DNA of 64,000 nucleotides from positions 64,001-128,000 of the forward strand of contig JBNKTL010000002.1 in NCBI GenBank assembly GCA_050298055.1, read 5' to 3'. This document shows positions 57,636-64,000 of the stretch, piece after piece. The notes under the pieces were generated by a model. That model was given only the letters and a program-made list of their open reading frames with translations. It had not been told where the DNA came from and did no database searches. Source of the DNA: Spirochaetota bacterium. Lineage in GTDB: Bacteria > Spirochaetota > UBA4802 > UBA5550. Made by a program: the position numbers and the translations under genes. Position 1 is the first letter of the stretch. Each line of letters opens with the position of its first letter.

Positions 57636-58525
57636 TTCAAACCGTCTCTGAACTCTTTTATCCTGTGGAAAAAATCTTCAATTTCATCCGGTTCAACTCC
57701 TTCCCGTTGAATAAGTTCCCTGAAGTTTTCAAGGGCCTTTATCATCTCTTCTATTGATTCAGAGAGAAACCGGCGGTTCATCACTGAGATGTCCCTCCAC
57801 ATAACCGGTGAACCGGAAGAAATCCTTGTCATATCGTTGAATCCCCTGCCGATAAAATCCGAAATACTGTTTTCACTACTCTTTTTATCGAGAAATTCCC
57901 TGAGGACTTCCACGAGGCTGCAGGAAACAACATGGGGAAGGTGACTTGTCACGGCAACCGTGATGTCATGAGACCGTGGTGTTTCAATACATGTCTCTGC
58001 GCCCAGGAGCCTCCAGAAATCCTCAACCCTCCTTACCTGCCGGGGACTATTCTTCTCTGCAGGTGTAATTATCACCGAGGCGCCTTTATAGAGATCCGGT
58101 GAACTTGAGCCGTACCCGCTCTCTTCGGAACCGGCCATGGGATGGCACCCAATGAATTGCCCGCTCTTCCCGCATCCTGAAACCTTCTCGATAATGGGAG
58201 TCTTCACGCTGCCCACATCAATAACAATGGTCTCCTTCTCAAGATCATCCCTGTGCAATATATCTTCGATGATGTTCACGGATGTTACAACCGGGGTGGC
58301 CACAATAATAAAATCAAGTCCCTTAAGATCAAGCCTCTCAAGGAGTTCAATCCTGTCTACTGCTCCGTCATCGTTTGCCCGGGAAAGCCTGTTTATGTCC
58401 CTGCCGTAACCGGAGATCTCAATTTTCGGATTTACCTGTTTGAGGGATTTGCAGACAGATCCGCCCAGGAGCCCCAAACCGATAACGGCAATTTTCTCTA
58501 TCCTGTTTGTGCTGTTACTGTTCAT
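57632..58525 (-). CDS. tyrA: Prephenate/arogenate dehydrogenase
   Basis: IGLGLLGGS, DVGSVK, HPMAGSE and SHLPH. Confidence 0.93.
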   Translation of the reverse strand: MNSNSTNRIEKIAVIGLGLLGGSVCKSLKQVNPKIEISGYGRDINRLSRANDDGAVDRIELLERLDLKGLDFIIVATPVVTSVNIIEDILHRDDLEKETIVIDVGSVKTPIIEKVSGCGKSGQFIGCHPMAGSEESGYGSSSPDLYKGASVIITPAEKNSPRQVRRVEDFWRLLGAETCIETPRSHDITVAVTSHLPHVVSCSLVEVLREFLDKKSSENSISDFIGRGFNDMTRISSGSPVMWRDISVMNRRFLSESIEEMIKALENFRELIQREGVEPDEIEDFFHRIKEFRDGLK

Positions 58526-58581
58526 ATGCAGGTTCTCTCTATTGATATCCGATATGCCGCAAAACAGAGAGCCAAAAAGAT

Positions 58582-59643
58582 CTATTGTTCAGTTCCAACC
58601 GGGTATGAACCAAGTATTTTTAAAAATACCGTCTTACTCTTCATATCCTGCAGGGCATCAACAACAATCCTGTCATTTTTATGCCCGGTGAAGTCAATAA
58701 AAAAATTGTACTCCCACATTCTTTTCTTATTTGGTCTCGATTCAATTTTTGTCATGTTGATCCTGTGGCTGCTTAAAGGCTTCAGGAGATCAAGAAGCGC
58801 GCCGGGCTGATCCGTGATTGCGCAGACAATGGATGTCTTGTCATTTCCGGTGGGTGAACTCTCCTCCCTTCCTATGGCAAAAAACCTGGTATAGTTCTGT
58901 CTCAGGTCCTCAATTCTCTCTGCAAGGCTGTTCAGTCCGAATATTTCACCTGCAGCTACAGATGAAATGGCAGCACTCTTCTTCTCGCCGGATGAGATCT
59001 CCGCAGCCCGGGACGTTGAGTCTACGGGGACAATTTCAGCGTTGGGAAGGTTCTTTCTCAGCCACTCCTTGCACTGCCCCAGCGGCTGTGGGTGTGAATA
59101 GACCCTGTGAATATCCTTTAAATGCTTCTCCCGGGAAAAGAGAGAGTAGGATATCTTTATGTTTTTCTCAGCCACAATGCAGAGATCGGTTTCAATCAGT
59201 TCATCCAGAGTAAAAGTCACGCCGCCTTCCGTGCTGTTTTCCACGGGCACAACACCGTAATGGGCATTCCCCGATTCCACTTCCCTGAAAATATCGGTTA
59301 TGGTCTTGACCGGGAGCTTGTCAACAGAATCGCCAAAAATCTCATTCATTGCCATATGGGTAAATGTGCCCTCAGGTCCCAGGAACGCAACCCGCACAGG
59401 CAGTACCAGGGAATATGATCCCGAGAGAATCTCCCTGTATGCGTTCATTAAAATTCTTTTCAGATCCCTTTCTTTTTCCAGTGATTCAATAAAGTCCTGA
59501 AGAGCTTTTTTCTCTTCCAGGAGTGACGGGGTTTCTTCCTGTCCTGATCTTCTTGTGCTGATATAGGCGTCTATGCGTTCTTCAAAGAGCCTGATAATTT
59601 CACTGTCTATTTCCCTGATATCCCTTCCCATGGTTTCACTCAT
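58582..59643 (-). CDS. pheA: Prephenate dehydratase with N-terminal (apparently degenerate) chorismate-mutase-like domain
   Basis: AFLGPEGTF, PVENSTEG, NYTRF and ACT domain NMTKIESRP. Confidence 0.92.
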   Translation of the reverse strand: MSETMGRDIREIDSEIIRLFEERIDAYISTRRSGQEETPSLLEEKKALQDFIESLEKERDLKRILMNAYREILSGSYSLVLPVRVAFLGPEGTFTHMAMNEIFGDSVDKLPVKTITDIFREVESGNAHYGVVPVENSTEGGVTFTLDELIETDLCIVAEKNIKISYSLFSREKHLKDIHRVYSHPQPLGQCKEWLRKNLPNAEIVPVDSTSRAAEISSGEKKSAAISSVAAGEIFGLNSLAERIEDLRQNYTRFFAIGREESSPTGNDKTSIVCAITDQPGALLDLLKPLSSHRINMTKIESRPNKKRMWEYNFFIDFTGHKNDRIVVDALQDMKSKTVFLKILGSYPVGTEQ

Positions 59644-60256
59644 TATCAATGGAGAATTCTTTAATCTCTGATAGTTTGGGAAGGTCTGAAAGCCTGTTGA
59701 GCCCGAAGTATTCGAGGAATTTATCCGTAGTACCGTAGGAGAGGGGCCTGCCCGGAAGGTTTACCCGGCCCATGGGTTTAATCAGGTTTTTTTTCATCAG
59801 GTTAGCAACCATCATACGAGAAGAGACTCCCCGCAGTTCATCAATATCGGCAAGCACAATGGGTTGTTTATACGCAATAATTGAGAGTGTTTCCAGCATT
59901 CCCTTTGAGAGTCTGTCCCTGCTCTTCATGCCCAGGGACTGGCGAAGCTGTTTTGAATACCGTGAATGAGATACAAACTGATAGCCCTTTGCTACTTCTA
60001 TAAGGATAATGCCGCCGTCACGTTCACTGTACTCATCCAGCAGTGAACCGAGAATAATCTTTGCATGTGTGGGATCTACCGAAAAGTTTTTAACAAAAAA
60101 AGATACAGGAAGAGGATCATTGCTTAAGAAGAGAGCTGCTTCAAAGAGTCCTCCCAGGTCAGATTCCTGTAATGAGGGAGACTCATCTTCAGAATCATCC
60201 ATATGCTCCTTTTCAACAACACCCTGGTCCATCTCACTGATACTCCTGTCTTCCAT
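59636..60256 (-). CDS. scpB: SMC-Scp complex subunit ScpB
   Basis: LETLSIIAYKQPI...RGV...GRP..YGTT..FLEYFGL. Confidence 0.94.
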   Translation of the reverse strand: MEDRSISEMDQGVVEKEHMDDSEDESPSLQESDLGGLFEAALFLSNDPLPVSFFVKNFSVDPTHAKIILGSLLDEYSERDGGIILIEVAKGYQFVSHSRYSKQLRQSLGMKSRDRLSKGMLETLSIIAYKQPIVLADIDELRGVSSRMMVANLMKKNLIKPMGRVNLPGRPLSYGTTDKFLEYFGLNRLSDLPKLSEIKEFSIDNE

Positions 60257-60260
60257 GCTA

Positions 60261-61025
60261 TTAAGAAAGCTCCTCGGGCTTAAATCTCCTCTTGATTCTT
60301 ATTTCACCGAATACCCTGTGCTGCACTATTTTTATTAACCTGATCCTGGTCATTTCAAGTATTGCAAGAAAGGATGTCAATATCTCGATACGGTTATTAG
60401 CTGATTTGTAAATATCTGTAAAAAGAATCAACTCTTTTTTTGAGAGAATTTCCTTAATATACTCAATCTTATCACTCACCTGGATTTCATCAAATACAAC
60501 TTCATCCTCTTCAATAACAACCTGAGATTCCAGGGCAGTTGCAAATGCTTTGAGAAGGTCAAAGAGCGAAATCTCAAGATAATCCTCTTCATCCTCCAGA
60601 GAATCAATGCTGCATACCCTCTCAAACATCTCCGATCGGAATTCATAGAGTTCTTTTAAATTTTCAGAGCTTTTCTGATACTTTTTATATTCCAGGAGTT
60701 TATTAATCAGTTCGGGAGGAAGAGGAGGAACAAAAAACTCATCATCAAGCTCCTCTGCAGGGAGGAGGGCCTTACTCTTGTAATAGAGAAGCTCAGATGC
60801 CATCCAGATGAACTCAGAAGCAATCTGCACATTGATTTCTTCCATAAGTTTGAGGTACTGGAGGTATTGTTCTGTGATACCGGAGAGGGAAATCTCGGTA
60901 ATATCAATTTTGGATTTTTTTATCAGGTCCCAGAGAAGATCAAGGGGACCGTCAAAGTTCTCTATGTGAATAGTGTGTTTTTTTAATTCACCGGATTCAT
61001 CACTATTAATATGCTGGTTGTCCAT
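60261..61025 (-). CDS. scpA: Segregation and condensation protein ScpA
   Basis: FDGPLDLL..LI, ASEFIWMASEL..KSKALLP and FLAILE. Confidence 0.94.
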   Translation of the reverse strand: MDNQHINSDESGELKKHTIHIENFDGPLDLLWDLIKKSKIDITEISLSGITEQYLQYLKLMEEINVQIASEFIWMASELLYYKSKALLPAEELDDEFFVPPLPPELINKLLEYKKYQKSSENLKELYEFRSEMFERVCSIDSLEDEEDYLEISLFDLLKAFATALESQVVIEEDEVVFDEIQVSDKIEYIKEILSKKELILFTDIYKSANNRIEILTSFLAILEMTRIRLIKIVQHRVFGEIRIKRRFKPEELS

Positions 61026-61079
61026 CTCTCATTTTACCGGATAGAATAATATCGCTGGTTTCAGTTTTTTTTAAATACT

Positions 61080-61120
61080 AAAAAATTCCCCTCTTGAGTA
61101 AAAGATACAAAAGAGGGGAA
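61080..61120 (-). terminator. Probable intrinsic terminator after cheY
   Basis: 10-bp stem TTCCCCTCTT/AAGAGGGGAA with 15-nt loop, then a T-run on the minus strand. Confidence 0.6.
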
Positions 61121-61150
61121 CCTTATGTCGCTCTATAAAATTACGTGTAT

Positions 61151-61510
61151 TCAGGCAAGTGCTTTTTCAGCTGCCTTCTGGAGTCTTTCAGGGGGAAAGG
61201 GTTTTACAACAAAATCCTTTACACCAAGCTTAATCGCTTTGGTCAGCAGGTTCTCCTGTCCAAGAGCTGTCACCATAATTATTCTTGCCTGGGGATTTAT
61301 CTGGAGAATCTCCTCGGCAGCTTCTATCCCGTCTTTTTCCCGCATTGTTATATCCATTGTTACAAGATCCGGATTCAGTTTCTTATAAAGATCTACTGCT
61401 TCATTTCCGTTTTCAGCTTCGCCAATAATTTCATGACCACTGGGTACCAGCGCGTCTTTCACAAGGGTCCTCATGAACTTGGCATCATCAACGATTAATA
61501 TTTTAGCCAT
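61151..61510 (-). CDS. cheY: Chemotaxis response regulator CheY
   Basis: ILIVDDAKFMR, LVTMDITM and FVVKPF; downstream of cheB. Confidence 0.88.
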   Translation of the reverse strand: MAKILIVDDAKFMRTLVKDALVPSGHEIIGEAENGNEAVDLYKKLNPDLVTMDITMREKDGIEAAEEILQINPQARIIMVTALGQENLLTKAIKLGVKDFVVKPFPPERLQKAAEKALA

Positions 61511-61774
61511 TAATAATCTCCAAAATATGTAATTTCATGTATATTCTAATATAATTAACGAATAATATCAAGGTTTAATATAAAAAAAATAAAAAAACCG
61601 GTACTCTGTTGAACTGATCCACAGGTAAAAGCAACAATTCATATCCGGCATTTAATGACAAAATAGTGTAAATTAAAATTAAATCAATTAAAATATTATT
61701 TATTTGATAAAATTCTTTTCACGAGAACCCGGTGATGTCTCACCATAAATCGATTGTTATATATAGTACAGATA

Positions 61775-62857
61775 CTATACATGTTCAACTATTTTTTTTG
61801 TTATTTCATGCAGTGGTACAATCTCTACAACACCGCCCATTTCAACTGCCACCCTGTTCATACCAAAAACAACTGAGGTTTCCTCATCCTGGGCAATTGT
61901 ATATCCACCGCGGTTCCTGATCTCCCTTGTTCCTTCAGCACCGTCTCTTCCCATCCCTGTCATGATGACACCAACGGTTTCAGCCCCGGAATTACCGGCA
62001 AGAGATTCAAAAAGTATATCAATGGAAGGGCGGTGCCCGGACCTTTTGTCCCCCCTGTCCAGCCTGACCCTGTATTTGCCAGGGTTACCTTCAAGTTTTA
62101 TATGGGAATGCCCCGGTGCTATCAGCGCATGTCCCGGCAGGACCTGGTCATTGTCCTCTGCTTCCTTTACAATCAGCTTCGATGAATCATTCAGCCTTTC
62201 AGCAAATGCCCGGGTAAAACCTTCAGGCATATGCTGAACAACAAGAAGCGGAGAGGGGAAGTTATCCGGGAATCCCCTGAAGAGTTTCAGAAGGGCGGCA
62301 GGCCCCCCGGTTGAAGTACCGATCCCAACGACTTTACTGCTTGCATCCCCCGGATTGAATAATCTATCAGATATTTTAACCGGTTCGGCAATTCTCTCCC
62401 TGTTTTTTACAGGTAATATCGGTTCGGTCCTTTTCTGTTCTGTTTTTGGAAATTTAATATTACAGACTGATTTGACTTTTGATATAAGGATATCTCCGAA
62501 CTCATCCAGTGTAAGCGAAAGGACCGATGAAGGTTTTGGGACAAAATCAACTGCCCCAAGATCAAGGGCCCTGAAAGTTGCTTCCGCACCATGCTTCGTA
62601 AGCACACTGAGCATGATAACCGGTTTCGGATTGGTTGTCATGATCTCTTTCAGTGCTGAAAGACCATCGAGTATGGGCATTTCTATGTCCAGGGTGATGA
62701 CATCCGGTTCAAGCTCATTGTTGCGGTATATTGCCGTCTTCCCATTATTCGCCGAACCTATAACGTTAATCCGGGGATCACTTTCAAGAATATCAGTAAT
62801 TATTTTCCTTACAAGGGACGAGTCGTCAACTACGAGGACATTGATTTTATCCGACAT
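61775..62857 (-). CDS. cheB: Chemotaxis protein-glutamate methylesterase CheB
   Basis: Receiver domain plus GTSTGGP, VQHMP, HRPSID and MTGMGRDG. Confidence 0.96.
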   Translation of the reverse strand: MSDKINVLVVDDSSLVRKIITDILESDPRINVIGSANNGKTAIYRNNELEPDVITLDIEMPILDGLSALKEIMTTNPKPVIMLSVLTKHGAEATFRALDLGAVDFVPKPSSVLSLTLDEFGDILISKVKSVCNIKFPKTEQKRTEPILPVKNRERIAEPVKISDRLFNPGDASSKVVGIGTSTGGPAALLKLFRGFPDNFPSPLLVVQHMPEGFTRAFAERLNDSSKLIVKEAEDNDQVLPGHALIAPGHSHIKLEGNPGKYRVRLDRGDKRSGHRPSIDILFESLAGNSGAETVGVIMTGMGRDGAEGTREIRNRGGYTIAQDEETSVVFGMNRVAVEMGGVVEIVPLHEITKKIVEHV

Positions 62858-64000
62858 TTGAATGCAACCCTTCAATAAGAGTTTTCATAGATTCTGCTTC
62901 CGGGAAAATAAGAAGATTGCCGAGAAGCTTATCATCCTGGAGAAAGAAAGCCGTGTCCATAACAACCGCATAGTCGTTTTGAACATTCTGCACAACCAGG
63001 ATGGAATCAATTATGGATTGCATGTAGTCGTGTACAATAAGAGGAACATCCGGTTTTATCATCAGGCCGGTTTTTTCAACCATTGTGTTTATCATAGATG
63101 AACCGATTATATTGGTAATCTCCTGAAGTGCCGATTCACCGTCTTCATTAAGTGTCTTTGTTTCACTGCTGTTCGTCCCATACAGAAGATCAATAAGTTC
63201 GAAGCCAACATCATCTTTCAGAATATAGAGTATGGTACCCTTAACATCACCGTTCATTGGGAGCATTACGCCAATATAAGTACTGTCAATTTCTCCGATG
63301 TACTCGGGGATCTTTTCATTGGGTTTTAATGCAACGAGGGGTATTGAAAGGTCAATTCTCTTATCCACAATTTTTGAGAGAGATTCAGCCGCAACCGTTG
63401 CACCCACATTTGCGACCATCTGCAATTCATTCAGGTCTTCCCTGCTCAGCTGGAGCGAGGCCTCCATATGGTCTCCCGGTTCACCCGTTCCCAGTGTCTG
63501 GCTGATATTATCCTTAAGCTCACTCTTAAAATCATCAAGCGCCTTTTTTACTTCAGGATCCACATCCCCGCTTTTTTCACTTGCAAATGTCTGCCCGACG
63601 CCTGTAAGCTTTTCGCCGGTTTCAGCTTTTATCTTTTCTTCTTCAATTATTTCAACAGGACCGGATTCCTTCATTATCTCATCTTCATCCAGTTCTATTA
63701 TATCAAACTCTTCGTCTCTTTCCTGAGTTACCGTATCAAATTTTTTCTCTGCTTCTTCAACTGCCGGGATGTCCCGGGTAATTTTCTCCTCAAATACTTC
63801 AGTTTTCTCATCAACCAGGTCCGCCAGGGGCTCAGCCTTTACCGCCTGTTCAGTAAGCAGGGAAGATTCACTCACCTCCTCCACAGCAAGCTTTTCGGCA
63901 CGGTCTTCTATTTTACTCATGACTTCCTGTTTCTGGATTGTGCTGATCTTATCCTGCTCTGTTATGACCTTATTGATCATGGTGGCAATGTCGAGGATAA
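62847..64000 (-). CDS. 3' part of a chemotaxis protein ending in a CheC-like domain, probably a CheA-CheC fusion (5' end outside the window)
   Basis: The frame is open to the window edge (ILDIATMINKV, resembling the end of a CheW/P5 domain), then an acidic linker, then a CheC fold with SALQEITNII. Confidence 0.7.
   Translation of the reverse strand, partial: ILDIATMINKVITEQDKISTIQKQEVMSKIEDRAEKLAVEEVSESSLLTEQAVKAEPLADLVDEKTEVFEEKITRDIPAVEEAEKKFDTVTQERDEEFDIIELDEDEIMKESGPVEIIEEEKIKAETGEKLTGVGQTFASEKSGDVDPEVKKALDDFKSELKDNISQTLGTGEPGDHMEASLQLSREDLNELQMVANVGATVAAESLSKIVDKRIDLSIPLVALKPNEKIPEYIGEIDSTYIGVMLPMNGDVKGTILYILKDDVGFELIDLLYGTNSSETKTLNEDGESALQEITNIIGSSMINTMVEKTGLMIKPDVPLIVHDYMQSIIDSILVVQNVQNDYAVVMDTAFFLQDDKLLGNLLIFPEAESMKTLIEGLHSNVG

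Overview
A 64-kb stretch of bacterial chromosome, most likely from a free-living spirochaete related to Leptospira. This rests on the cheB-cheY-scpA-scpB-pheA-tyrA-cmk-rpsA and rnc-NUDIX-aroB gene order as I recall it for Leptospira; I could not check it. Left part: a beta-oxidation operon (TetR, acyl-CoA dehydrogenase, thiolase, etfB) and a hemE-hemH-hemY operon. Middle (about 8.8-46 kb): accessory signalling and envelope genes, including a four-Venus-flytrap sensor kinase, a WD40-caspase putative lipoprotein, a degenerate cyclase-STAND ATPase, an orphan LytS-type kinase, a kinase/cNMP-binding/spherulin-4 operon, paired TPR proteins and beta-barrel proteins. Right part: housekeeping and chemotaxis genes. 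No rRNA, tRNA, CRISPR array, transposase or integrase was recognised. Two observations stand out. (1) A non-autonomous MITE-like family that I cannot match to a known element: six 120-140 bp copies, one truncated copy and one 42-bp mini-copy in the rpsA leader. It has GTAACTAYTCAGCTAT-type terminal inverted repeats, 8-bp target duplications and a central covarying GC-rich hairpin. (2) An ORF (28524-29381) whose C-terminal half resembles, by eye, eukaryotic Janus/Ocnus (PHPT1) phosphohistidine phosphatases and which sits among histidine kinase genes. All protein family calls come from reading motifs by eye, not from database searches.
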